From NCBI RefSeq assembly GCF_018350175.1, contig NC_058370.1:62868001-62932000 (forward strand): a stretch of 64,000 bases of DNA, given 5' to 3'. The translations under genes and the position numbers were made by a program. Positions 1 to 11,188 of this stretch are shown here, in pieces. Each line of letters begins with the position of its first letter. Within the stretch, counting starts at the first letter, position 1. Below the pieces are notes generated by a model, which worked only from the letters and a program-made list of their open reading frames with translations, had not been told where the DNA came from and searched no databases. The DNA is from Felis catus (taxonomy: Eukaryota).

Positions 1-272
1 CAAACAGACTTCTAGATTGTACACTGCCCCAGACTGTTCCCTCTTCCTGGTCACTGGAATGATCCATGCTGGACCGTGCAGATGGGGACACCCTCCCAGG
101 ATGGTGAACAAGACAAAAGAAGGCCAGCGCCCCAATGACTTCACAGAGCAGAGCTGTCATGCCCGTCTGGGCCTCTCTCGTGAGAGAAAAATGTACTTCC
201 ATCTTGGTGAAGCTGCTGTTATGTTTGGTCCCCCCAGTACAGCTGCAAAACCTACTCCCTAATTAATTTAGA
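1..272 (+). mobile_element. MaLR LTR (MLT1J-like), 3' part of the 5' LTR of provirus relic A; runs off the window edge
   Basis: Shares ordered blocks with 1514-2002 (gaacaagaca.aaga, acagagc.gagc, catgcc.gt, gtgaga.a.aaat..act); followed directly by MLT-int-like sequence. Confidence 0.7.
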
Positions 273-1513
273 CTACCAGGAAGTAGAGTACTGTGACAGA
301 AAATATCACGTGTGTGGCGTCAGCTTCAGTCAGGTGGTGTGGACACAGATATGAGGACTGGAACACTGGTGCCCCTTGTTATGCTCTGGCAGAGGATCTG
401 GTAAAACTGTCATCTATGAGTGACACCGTGATAGGAAGACCACATGCCCTCTGAGCCTCTAACTCTGAGAGGACTTAAAAATTGCCATGTACTGACTGCT
501 TCTTGCTTCGTTCAGCAGATTCCCAGGAAAGAGAGATGAGCTCAGGGTGGCTTAGTCACTTTGCAAGTGGAGATGGAAGGCAATACAGTGCTGCTAAGGG
601 GCACCCCTGCCTGCTGCCTGCAACCTAGGTTGACCAGGAGTTTGGTAATTTGGAGCCTTGCAGAGTTCTGAAAGCCATTTGCTTCTTTACTCCAAAAGGA
701 AGTGGTGACCTAAATTGGCTTTGAAAAGGCAGTCTTAGTAGGAGTTAAGACTATGGCCCTGAGCCTTTCCCAGGCTTTCACAGTTAAGAACTTGCTCTCT
801 ACCAGGCATCGGGAGCCACCCCAGCTGCCAAAATCAGATTAAGGGTGTTCCCTTCCACCCAAGCCTATTGTCTCAGATGGCCTGAAGATAGCAACCATTA
901 AGCTGAGAGAGGGGTCTGGGCAGAGCATAGAAGCCAGTAAAAATACGGCCAGAATTTTCAGCCTGACAAACTGTCGGGACAAGACCTTTGGCTGGAGTTA
1001 CCTGTGCATGGAACCGAATAGAAGCAAATAGTCTGGAAGCCTGAGAGAGGTATATTCTTTAATGCCCAATTCAGATGTGGTTATGGGAGATAATGACACA
1101 AGTAAGAACCTCCCAGAGGGGCCAGGAGGACAGTGGCCAAAGGGGTCACTTCTAAAAAACAGAAGGGTGAGAAGTCTTTATAACTTCTAACTGGCATCAT
1201 TTGGGAACTGCTCTGGACTGGGGCCATTTGCGTACTTTCCATTGTTTTCTTTTCTGAGTTAAGAGTTGTTGTTTTTTCATTGTCGTATGTGGGTCTTGTG
1301 TCATCCTTGTGTATTGGAGGAGGTGGGAGGGCAGGGAACTTATCTTTTAGTGTATAGGTCTCCAGGCTGCAAGTAACCACATCTAGACCTGACTGAGGTG
1401 TTGGGTGCAGGACAGCATGGTACTTGGGCTCATTTGCCTTGAAAGGTGGGCTTTGAGTTTTATGTGTGAAAGAGAGGGTGATCATAGATGGTTGGGTTGC
1501 TAAAGGGGTGGAC
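273..1513 (+). mobile_element. MaLR internal region (MLT-int) of provirus relic A
   Basis: Lies between two homologous LTRs; colinear with 15478-16240 and 18978-19862; ends in purine-rich ttgggttgctaaaggggtggac just before the TG of the 3' LTR. Confidence 0.7.
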
Positions 1514-2002
1514 TGTGGCAGGGGCTGCTAAATTTAGCTCAAGACCTATTTTCCCCTCCCCTCTCACAATCATACAACACCAGACTTTCAGGGATGCACT
1601 TTGCCACCCAGGATAAAACAGTGTTTCCCAGTCTCATTTGAAGTTATATGTGACTGAGTAACTAAGTCTTGGCCAATGGGATGTGAATAAAGTGCTGGTA
1701 CAGGTTCTGGATCATACCGTAAGAGGCAGAAGATACTCTCCCTTCCCTTTCATCTGTCCCAATGGCTGGAAAGCAGAGATGTTAGACAGTCGTGTTGGTC
1801 TGTGCACAGAGGACTAAACTTTAAGAAGGGTGGAACAAGACAGAAGAGGCTTGGATCCCAACACTACAGAGCTGAGCCTGCATGCCAGTTAGGACTTTTA
1901 TGTGAGAAAGAAATAAACTGACTCAAGCCACTGGTATTTGGGGTTTTTTGTTTTGTTTCTGTTTGTTTTTGTTAGAGCAGCAGAGCCTCTAAGCTACTAT
2001 AG
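1514..2002 (+). mobile_element. MaLR LTR (MLT1J-like), 3' LTR of provirus relic A
   Basis: Starts tgtggcag; contains tttcccagtctc...taagtcttggccaatgggatgt and gtgagaaagaaataaac, typical of MLT1J-group LTRs. Confidence 0.8.
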
Positions 2003-2029
2003 ATGCATTCAATCACTGCAGTACAAAGG

Positions 2030-2490
2030 AATACATGATCTAGTGGAGGGACGTGAAAGGTGCTATGGCAGTGCAGTGGAAACACTGGTTCATTCTGGGA
2101 AATCTGGGGAGACTCTCAAGAAGGGATTCTTGAAATGAGTCTTGAAGGATGACAGATTTTTCCAGATGCACAAGTAAGGTGAAGGGAAAGGACATACCTG
2201 ATAGTTGGACAGTTTGAGCAAAGGCTCAAAGTAGTGAATGCATCTGACAAATGGTTCGGAAGGGAGGGGAGGCCCAGGGAGATGGGCCTAGTGAGGTAGA
2301 TGGGGCTAATGGTGAAGGACCTTGAATGTCCTGACATGGAGTTTACACTTTGCCATTTGGAACCACTGAGGAGCTTAACGGGGAAGTAACATGATCTAAT
2401 TTTTGTTTTGCTTTCAAAAAAGATAAATCGGGCAACAGTATGTAAGATGGATTTAAAAGAGAGAGCCTGGGGACAGAGGGAAGGAACTTT
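2030..2490 (-). mobile_element. LINE-2 fragment
   Basis: Antisense L2 motifs: tgagtcttgaaggatga, tgagcaaaggc, gaaggaccttgaatg, gaaccactgagga, acatgatctaattt. Confidence 0.7.
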
Positions 2491-2787
2491 GTAAATATAA
2501 TATAAGTCAACTCTGATTTTCCCACAGAAACGGTATTATAATAGGGGATTATGTTCCTGGCCAAGGGACTGATAATACAAATTTTTATAGAACTGACTAC
2601 AAAAGCAAACTCAAGTAGCTATAGTGGTGTACCCATAATCTATACATTACAAAGTTTCTGAATAGCATATGAATAATTAAATAGGGCCACACAGTAATGA
2701 ACCACATAGTTGTGTATGTATAATACAACATCCTTAGTCTCATACTTCTGCCTTTTAAGAAATTATTGTATTGCAGAAGCAATCTCT

Positions 2788-3715
2788 GTTTATTTTTTAA
2801 TAACTTTATTGAGGTGTAATTGGCCTATAATAAACTGCACATTTTTAAAATGTACAATGCGGTATGTTTTGACATGCTTATACCTCCCTTGAAATCGTTG
2901 CCACAGTCAAGAAAACAAACATCTCCCTCACTCTAAAAGTTTCCTCCTATCTAATTCCTTTCTCCCCCCTTCCCTATCTCCTTCACCCCCAGGCAATCAC
3001 CTATCTGCTTTCTGTCACTACTGATCCGTTTGAATTTTCTATAATTTTATATAAATGAAATCAAACAATATGTACTTTTTCTTTTTTTGTCTGTCTCCTT
3101 TCTCTGAGCATAATTATTTTTGAGACTCATCCATGTTACAGTATATATCAACAGCTAATTNNNNNNNNNNNNNNNNNNNNNNNNNNNNNNNNNNNNNNNN
3201 NNNNNNNNNNNNNNNNNNNNNNNNNNNNNNNNNNNNNNNNNNNNNNNNNNNNNNNNNNNNNNNNNNNNNNNNNNNNNNNNNNNNNNNNNNNNNNNNNNNN
3301 NNNNNNNNNNNNNNNNNNNNNNNNNNNNNNNNCCTATGGGCGGAACTGCTGAATCACACAATAGGTGTATGTTTAACTTCTTAAGAAACTGCCAACAAGT
3401 TTTCCTGGGTGGCTGTACCATTCTATATTCCCCACCGGCAACGTATGAAAGTTCCAGTGGCTTTCCATCTTCCTTAGCTTTTGGTGTCGACCTTTTTTTA
3501 AGTTGCAATCATCCTAGCTGGTACATAGTGGTGACTTTTTTGGGGTTTTCATTTGCATTTCCCTAGTAACTAATGAGGTTGAGCATCTTTTATGAGTTAA
3601 CTTTTTATCCATGTATCCTCTTTGATGAAGTGTTCACATTTTTGACCCATTTTTAAATTGGGTTATTTATCTTCTTGCTATGGAGTTGTAAAAGTTCTCT
3701 ATATACTTTACCACG
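2788..3715 (-). mobile_element. LINE-1 3' end (L1MB/L1MC-like), spans N gap 3161-3332
   Basis: taactttattgaggtgtaatt...actgcacatttttaaaatgtacaat, ggcaatcacctatctgctttctgtcacta, tttcatttgcatttccct. Confidence 0.85.
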
Positions 3716-3739
3716 TATTGTTTTAAGTACCGCTTTAAT

Positions 3740-4170
3740 ATTTGCTTTGCAAATGTTGACTAATTTAATCTTCTTAAAACCCAGATGATGCTGGTACTAT
3801 TCTTTTCCGTCACTTACAGTTGAGAAAACTGCCACAAGAAGGTTTAATAACGGGGGTGCCTAGGTGGCTCAGCTGGTTAAGCAGCCGACTTTGGCTCAGG
3901 TCATGATCTCACTGTTTGTGGGTTTGAGCCCCACATCGGGCTCTGTGCTGACAGTTCAGAGCCTGGAGCCTGCTTCCGATTCTGTGGCTCCCTCTCTTTC
4001 TGCCCCCCCCCCCCACTTTCTGTTTCTCTCTCAAATAAATAAACATTAAAGAAGAAGAGGGGGAGGGGAAGAGGGAGGGGGAGAGGGAGGGGAGGGAGAG
4101 GAAATTAGCCAGCCAGGATTGATCCTAGATATGGAGCTGCCTGTGCTTTCACATCTTTGCTTTTGCTGTG
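3740..4170 (-). mobile_element. MIR, interrupted by a Can-SINE
   Basis: Core ttacagttgagaaaactg...aggtttaataac left of the SINE; gccaggattgatcctag to the right. Confidence 0.55.
3853..4050 (+). mobile_element. Can-SINE (SINEC_Fc)
   Basis: ggggtgcctaggtggctcag head, A/B boxes, gagcctgcttccgattctgtg, (CT)n, aataaa tail. Confidence 0.95.
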
Positions 4171-4479
4171 AGGTTATGCTGCCTCTCTATGCACACATCT
4201 TTTTCTTGCGTTGATCTTGCAATGATTCATAAGGTACAGGCGCACTCACACTGGAGTCAGGATGCCAGCTTCCAAGGTTGGGACTCTGTATTCAAATAGG
4301 GGTGGATGATGTCATTACGGTTGTCACTGCCCAATGGAATGAATTCTGTGGGTTGCTATAAGTAAAGATGGATAACTGGAAATTTCTCTAAGCAGAGAAT
4401 CACTGTAAATTCGAGATTGTCTCTCTATTATGTAGCACAAACACAGGGATCAGGGGCCAGGTGGCTAAGAGTGAGGAGC

Positions 4480-4720
4480 ACAAGAGTGAGTGCCCTGTGA
4501 CAAGACTATCTGGGCCCAAAAGCCAGCTCTGATACTCACAAGCTCTCTAACTTTGGACAACTTCTCAATACTTCAGTGCCTTCACACGGAAACAGGGATA
4601 ACAGCAGTTTATTAGAAGATTATCAGATTATGATAAGTGGAAATGACACATGCAAAGCATGCAGAACAGAGCCTAGCAAATAGTAAATGCTCAAGAAATA
4701 CTAGCTACATTATGTTATTC
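4480..4720 (+). mobile_element. MIR
   Basis: ccagctctgatactcacaagct...actttggacaac...atgcaaagc...tagtaaatgctcaagaaatactagct. Confidence 0.75.
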
Positions 4721-4904
4721 TTCTTAGGTCACAAACTACAGCAGTCTTAGAAGATATTCCTGTTTTCTCGCAGAGCTAGTGAAGAGGGTGACTCCAAACC
4801 ACCTGAATGTTGCTAACACTACTGCTACCCAATCTCACAAACTGCCCTGGGAACCCCTCTTTGACCCCAACCCAGTGCCAGTGAAGCTCTTAGGCTGGAG
4901 ACAA

Positions 4905-5070
4905 CCCTAGTTCAGGAAGCTTTCGGCTGCTAGTGAGAGAAATTCTTACTCAGGCTGGCTCAAAGAATAAGGATATTTCTTATCTCATAGAACGGGGAGT
5001 CCAGGAAGTAGGACAGACTCTTGCTGGGTTCGTCCGCAGGCTCAGGGATGCTAGGAAGGTTCTTTCCATT
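4905..5070. mobile_element. Old ERVL/MaLR LTR fragment (LTR33-like)
   Basis: ttcggctgctagtgagagaaa...ctggctcaaagaataagg...tatctcataga...ggttctttccat. Confidence 0.5.
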
Positions 5071-5074
5071 AAAA

Positions 5075-6360
5075 TGCTCACTATTCTGTCCGATTGAATG
5101 CATTACACCTTAAATCTTTTTTAATACTTTGTGATACAGCAATTTGAATGTCTGATTAGATTCATTTTGAGTCTTGGTATTCATAATGGCCATAGCTAGA
5201 ATAGAAACCTAACAAATGATGGGCAGACATCATTTGTTGTGCCCATTAAATCGTGACATTTATATTTCACTCCCATCCATTGTGCAATTTAATTGACATT
5301 TAGTTGGTAAATTTCCACCTTTCCTGATATTAAACAGTTACTCCTGCCAAATAATTGGAAGGTTTGTGTTTTCATATTTTTTTATTGATTTTTTTGAGGG
5401 GGGAGGAGCAGAAGGAGAGGGAGAGAGAATCACAAGCAGGCTCCACACCCGGTGCAGAGCTCTGTCTCACGAACGGTGAGAACCTGAGCCGAAATCGAGA
5501 GTTGGACACTGACCCAACTGAACCACCCAGGCACCCCTTTTTAAATTTTTATTTTATTTGTGTGTGTGTTTCCATTGTTAACAAACTGATCCAAAATTCT
5601 CTTGAACTCTTTATTTGAAAAATTTTCCAGGCTTGTTTCTTTAACTGTGTAGATAGACTTTTTAATAGGTGACATATTTACATAGTCTTCAGGAAAACTT
5701 ACGATGGAAACCTTATGTTGGAAACATTTCCAAATCATTATTTTCAAAATGCTCTTTCCTTAGCATACATTTTATTTGAAAAGCTGTTCCTCTCTTACTT
5801 ATTGTTTAAATGTTCCCTACAGCCTAATAGGATGGATTGATTTTGTCTGAAATATCCACTGGGTTCACACACTATGATAGCCACTTGTCATAGAAAAGGT
5901 CGGAGATGCTAGAACCTGCTCATATTTCTGTAAATGAAAAGTGCACAAATCATCCTTAAGTTTGATTCTCAGAAGACGTGTGGGCTAAGGAAGAGTTTCC
6001 TGATATACCCCTCTCACTTACAAAGTATGCATATCTTCTTGTTTAAGCCATGGTTTTTTATAAAACCAACCGTGGTAATAACACATGGGGGCACTTACAT
6101 GGTAATAAATGAAACCATTCGCTGAACATGGGCTAAAGTGGGAAGGTACCCCCAAACCACCCCACACAGAGGAGCTGGCCTTCCTCTTCAGGATTCCTAG
6201 AGAAACTTCTGGGACTTGGGGAAGGGCTGAGTGAGGGCATAGTGTCGATCTGTTTATTAAATATTTGATTGGTCTTAAATTTCTAGATTAAAAAAAAACT
6301 GGCTCAGTATTTATATGCCTCACCCAAAGGATCATGTTGCACCTTTGCTTTGGAGACCGA
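5075..6360 (-). mobile_element. hAT-Charlie DNA transposon relic with degenerate transposase C-terminus
   Basis: Manual minus-strand translation of about 5120-5362 gives LPIIWQE*LFNIRKGGNL / WMGVKYKCHDLMGTTNDV / C*VSILAMAIMNTK / DIQIAVSQSIK, resembling the hAT dimerisation region; right end ctttggagacc resembles a Charlie terminus. Confidence 0.7.
5377..5537 (-). mobile_element. Can-SINE (older subfamily) inserted in the hAT relic
   Basis: gagagagaatcacaagcaggctcc...ccacccaggcacccc. Confidence 0.9.
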
Positions 6361-8483
6361 GGTATAGGAAGGGAGTTTCTGAGGTATAAGCTGAAAGATG
6401 CCTGCCTAGGGGTTGGACGGGTTGGCTGGTGAAGGCAGGAGGGCCCCCTTTGGGGGAGTAATAGCTTTTCCTTTGAATCAGAAGGAAAGCTTAGAAGCCC
6501 CCAAGGTTCTCAGCAATGGATACCATCTAATAGGAGCAGAGACCACCTTGTCCTCTGCTCCCTCCCCTTCTGGCTGCCCCTCAGAGGGGTCCTTTGAGCC
6601 TTGGAAGGTGAGGAGAGGGCACCTGCGGTGGGAAGGGGCTACCAGTGCGGTGGGGCATTTTCTCTGGGAGGCTCCCAGATGTACCCCTCATCAGGAGGGG
6701 CCTCCTTCAATGGCAGGTTGAGGAGTGGGGACTGAGCAGCCGGCAGCAGCTCTGGGTGTCGGTTGGGAGCAAAGCCCTAATGTGGGGCCTCATCACACCG
6801 AACCTGGAGTCATCCCAGGAGGCGGGACTGGCAAAGGGCTTCTCTCCACCGCTGCCAGCTTTACAGAGCCTTGAGCTTGGAAGATCCTCTGTAAATATTT
6901 GTCCGATTTGCTTGAATGGAGTTGAAATCTCATTTCCTGATTCCAGCAAGGTTGGAAGTGCAAGCTGGGTGGGCTGGGCTCTGATTCATGGCGGGGGGTT
7001 GGGGTGGGATGGATGCAAGGCCCATTGGGCAGCTCAGCCCTGGGGGGCTGTCCTGCACCTGGGAGAGCTACAGCCATTCCTGTCCTTTCACCTGCTGCTT
7101 CTTATCTGAGGGTCCCCAACCCAGATGAGGGTCCCAGGTGATCTTGGATGCAGGGAACAGCAAGAGGGAGAGGCCAGGAGGGACAGAGAGGGGTCATGTA
7201 AAGGGGACAGCCATGCCCAGGGCCCCAGGGAGTGTGTGTGCACGTGTGCAGAGGCTGAGTTTCAACTGGACAGAGTCTTGGTCCCGATCTTCTAGTACTT
7301 TCCTCCCAAGGAAGCTTCACAGCCAGTTCTGCCCTGCTTGGCCTGGTGCCTGGGGAATGCGCCCTATTTTGGCAACGGAGAAGACCTAGGCACATGTGTT
7401 TCCACGTGCTCAGAAGCATTACCGTCCTCAGTGCACTCACACACAGGCCTGCATGTGCACGTACTTGCAGACTCACCCAGCTGGCCCCAGGCACACGTGT
7501 GCTGCCACATGTAGACACACGAGCACACAAGCCTGTCCGCACTCCGTCAGACCCACTGGTGTGAACACACGTATGGGCACCTCCAGAAACAGCCAGTGAC
7601 CCCCCAGACACGTGCTGTCCCTCAGGCACAGAGAGCCAGCCCGCGGGTCCCACTTGGAGGGACGTGCAACAGACGGGGTCCCCCAGGCCGCGTGCTTCTC
7701 CAAGGCTGGTGTCCACCACAGTCAGAGCCACATACAGCTGCTGGCACGACACAGGCTCCCATTGTGCTGCCAGGCACAGGGGGACAATGAGGGCCTGTGT
7801 CCTCCAGCTCCCCACAACACCTCCCGGCAGACTGGGGCCTGGGAGCCCAGCCGCCTGTTCAGAGGGCTAGGGAAAGTCCCCAGAGGCCATGTTCTTCATG
7901 AGGAGTTCTTGGGGAACACTAGGCTGGGGGAAGAGATGTGACTCCTGCCCTCGGGGACCCAAAGAGCAGGGAAGGGTGATTCAGGGTTTGTACTCATCTT
8001 GCCCCAGGTGGACACAGACCCTTGCAGTGTCTGGGAGGAGAGTTTTATAGCTCATCAGATCAAGACATGGTCACTCTGTGAGTCTGAGTTTTGGGGTTGT
8101 GGAGGCTGCAGCCTGAAGGCCACTTGACCCCCCCCCCCATGCCCCTATGACCAAAGCCACTGTCACACTGTCATCACCACACTCTCCGTTTTTGTTTTGA
8201 CATCTTCACTACTTTTTCTGGCATTTACTACCTTCCTCACCCCCAACCAACAGGTGTTCATTCATTCAGGCCCTCACTGCTGATGGAGTACTGACTAGGT
8301 GCAAGGCTCTGAGCCCTGGAGCATAGGGCTTCTCTTGTTTTATTTTCTGTGATGTATTTGCACAGGTCTTATGTTCCAGGAAAACTGATTTTTCTTGCTT
8401 TCTTCCAAATACAATGCCTTTTCCTTTCTCTGTGCTTTTTGCTCATTCACATATTATTGAATGCAACCAGTACTTCTTGAGCA

Positions 8484-8603
8484 TAGGGTTACAGACTAAA
8501 TAATGCAGGAGTTTTATTCATTGTTATTAGTATTCATTGTTTATCTGAAATTCAAATCTAACTGGGCATTCTGAATTTTTATTTGCTAAATTTGGGACGC
8601 TAA
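8484..8603. mobile_element. MER53-like hAT MITE, internally deleted
   Basis: tagggtt start; ttgtttatctgaaattcaaatctaactgggc...atttgctaaat. Confidence 0.75.
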
Positions 8604-8609
8604 TGGTGC

Positions 8610-8840
8610 ACCAACTGTGAGCGATGCTTGGGGGGTACAGTAATGACAGATCCGGTATCTGTCCTCAGGAGCTCCCAGTCTAATAGGGAACACCAGCAAG
8701 TAACACATTCCTACCACAAGGAAGGGTGGAGCTCTTCTAGGGAAATTTCAGGGTACCATGAGTGCTCAGGGAAGGGGATACCAACCCGGCCTTGGGAGGT
8801 CCAAGAAGGCTTCCTGGAGGAAGAGCACTTGAGTTAAGTC
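8610..8840 (-). mobile_element. LINE-2 3' fragment
   Basis: ctgtcctcaggagctcccagtcta...gaaggcttcctggaggaag. Confidence 0.75.
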
Positions 8841-9208
8841 TGTCTTTGTCTGTTCAGGTGCTATAACAGGAGACTATAGACTGTGTAGCTTATACACAAT
8901 GGAAATTTATTCCTCACAGTTCTGGAGGTGGGAAGTCCAAGGACAAAGCACCAGCAGATTCTGTGTCTGGTGAGAGCCCACCTCCTAGTTCGTAGATGGC
9001 CATTTTCTTGCTGTGCCCTCACATGGTGGCAGGGGTGAGGGAGCTCTCTGGAGTCTCTTTCATTGTAAATGGGTACTATCCCTTTGGTGAGGGCTCTACC
9101 ACTATGACCTAGTCACCCTCAAAGTCCCCACCTCCTAATACCACCACATTGGCGGTTAGAATTCCAACATATGAATTTTGGAGGGACACAAACATTTAAG
9201 CCATGACA
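8841..9208 (-). mobile_element. Solo MaLR LTR (MLT1A-like) inserted in L2
   Basis: TG...CA ends flanked by agtc on both sides; aaatttattcctcacagttctggagg, caacatatgaattttggagggacacaaacat. Confidence 0.9.
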
Positions 9209-9694
9209 AGTCTTAAAAATTAACTGGGGAGGAAGCCACAGTGAGCACTGAAATGAGAAATGAGGTGCAATTCTGTGCACTGGTGCAGGAAGCCCCACCT
9301 TTACATGGCTGCCTACTGGGTGTGGTCAACTAAGGAAGGACTGAAGGTGTTTGGAGGGGCCACAGTCAAGGCCAGCATGCAAGTGTGTGGAGCCTTTGCT
9401 TTCTATAAAAGGCTGAGGCAAAGGAAGACCTATGACTACAGATTGAGTGCTTGGTGCTCAGGAGAAAGGGTATGTGTCACTTTGACCTTATGTCAGGGAC
9501 ATCCTCCCTTCCACCAGATGGTCCCCCAGCTGGGACCGAGGTAGCCAACTGGTGGCTCGATGTGAGGAAATGCGCTATGGTCAAGCACAGACCTGAGCGT
9601 ACATACGTGTGAGCACGTATAGCTGCGAGAAGTGGGCAGGTGCCAGTGTGCATGACGCTTGTTATCGCATCGGTCTCGTTTGGGTTTGCAGGAC

Positions 9695-9955
9695 TAGGGC
9701 ATCAGCTTTAGAAACACCTGAGTTCGAATCCTGACTCTTATCGCTTACTTAGCTATATAATCTCCACTGAGTTCCTTAACCTCTCTGAGCCTCAGCTTCC
9801 TTCCTTATAAAATGGAGAAAATTCCATCTAATCTTACCTTAAAACAAAACAAGCCAATGAATTAATGGGACGAGGCTAATTTTGCAAGGTTCGTAGGAAG
9901 ATTAAATGACATGATGTATATAAAATAACAGACACATAATAGGCCCCATAAAGGT
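9695..9955 (+). mobile_element. MIR
   Basis: cctgagttcgaatcctgactct...cttaacctctctgagcctcagcttcc...aagattaaatga. Confidence 0.85.
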
Positions 9956-10074
9956 TTAATTTTCCTCTGCTCCAAAGACCACATTTGCTGTTCACGTGGC
10001 AGTCACCACATGAATAACAACCACAACAACATTTATATAACATAAACCAACCAGTGAAGACTTTCTTTTGTTTT

Positions 10075-10273
10075 GGGGCACCTGGGTGGCTCAGTCAGTT
10101 AAGCATCTGATCTCCCGTTTCGTAGGTTTGAGCCCCACATTGGGGTCTGTGCTGACAGCTCAGAGCCTGGAGCCTGCTTCAGATTCTGTGTCTCCCTCTC
10201 TCTCTGCCCTTCCCCTGCTCACACTCTGTCTCTCTGTCTCTCTCTCTCAAAAATAAATAAACGTTAAAAAAAA
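10075..10273 (+). mobile_element. Can-SINE (SINEC_Fc) with internal deletion
   Basis: Head and tail present; TSD aaga(c/g)tttcttttgtttt at 10057-10074 and 10272-10289. Confidence 0.95.
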
Positions 10274-10784
10274 GAGTTTCTTTTGTTTTTTCAGTGACGA
10301 TTTCCTAAACTATTCCTAATTAAAAGATAGAACATAGCACTCTTTTTTTCTATCCCCGTGAGCTTTTCCTGTAATTGCAATTTTTCCTAAACTAGGAAGC
10401 ATTAAGGCTTGTTACTCATTACTGGTTAAGATTTAAGGAAATACAAATAAAATTAGATAATTAATTAACTGATTTAAAAAGTAAAGAAATACAAATATCT
10501 GGGCACAGTCAGGTGTTTCCAGCATTAAGGTCCTCCCCATAATCAACGGCCACATGAAGCTCCTTTCCTTATTGGGATTTAAGCATTTCTCTGGAAACTG
10601 TTGTCAGAACTCCCAGGAAGCCGTGAGCCGTCTGCATCTCTTCTTGTGCCGGCCACATCAGTTGCCCCAAAAGGAGAACTGAATCTGTGAGTCAGATCTG
10701 CCGATGCCAGGGAAAACCTTATTTCCCTGCACATTCCCTGCACCGCATTCTCTTGCCTCTGCTTCTCACGCTAAAGAAGGCCTC

Positions 10785-11188
10785 TGTTATGGACTGAAAG
10801 TTTGTGTGCCCCCCCCCCCCCCACCACCACAGTTCATACAATGAAGCCCTAACCACCGAGTGTGGCTGTATTTGGAGATAGGCCCTCGAAGCAATTAGGG
10901 TTCAATGAGGTCATAAGGGTGGGACCCTCATCCAATAGGACTGATGTCCTTATGAGAAGAGGAAGAGACACGAAGGATCGGTTTCTCTCGTGCTGCACCT
11001 GCACGGAGGAAAGACCATGCGAGCGCATGGTAAGGAGGCAGTGGTCTACAGGCCATGAAGAAAGCCCTCATCAGGAACCAAATCAGCTGGCACCTTGATC
11101 TTGGACTTCCAGCTTCCAGAACTGGCAGAAATAAATGTCTGTTGTTTGAGCACCCCAGTCTGTTATGACAGTCCGAGGGGACTAATAG
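10785..11188 (+). mobile_element. Solo MaLR LTR (MLT1A-like)
   Basis: tgttatggactgaa...gtatttggagatagg...ggcaccttgatcttggacttccagc...aaataaatgtctgttgttt. Confidence 0.9.

Noticed and set aside
1081-1485. 134-aa minus-strand ORF within the MaLR internal region
   Set aside because: Antisense to the element, no gag-like features
3133-3508. ORFs containing X runs (also near 16.3k, 16.6k, 17.7k, 33.2k, 34.2k, 34.6k, 52.1k)
   Set aside because: Artefacts of reading through assembly N gaps
3853-3940. tRNA-like A/B boxes in SINE heads
   Set aside because: tRNA-derived SINE heads followed by (CT)n and poly-A; not tRNA genes
3864-4049. Recurrent MAQ.VK..T.AQVMIS...SSP.SGSVLTAQSLEPASDSVSPSLS peptides (also 14308, 47608, 56886, 62515)
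   Set aside because: Translations of Can-SINE sequence, not a gene family
7102-7815. 237-aa minus-strand ORF
   Set aside because: Low-complexity V/C/A/S composition from the (CA)-like tract; no recognisable domain
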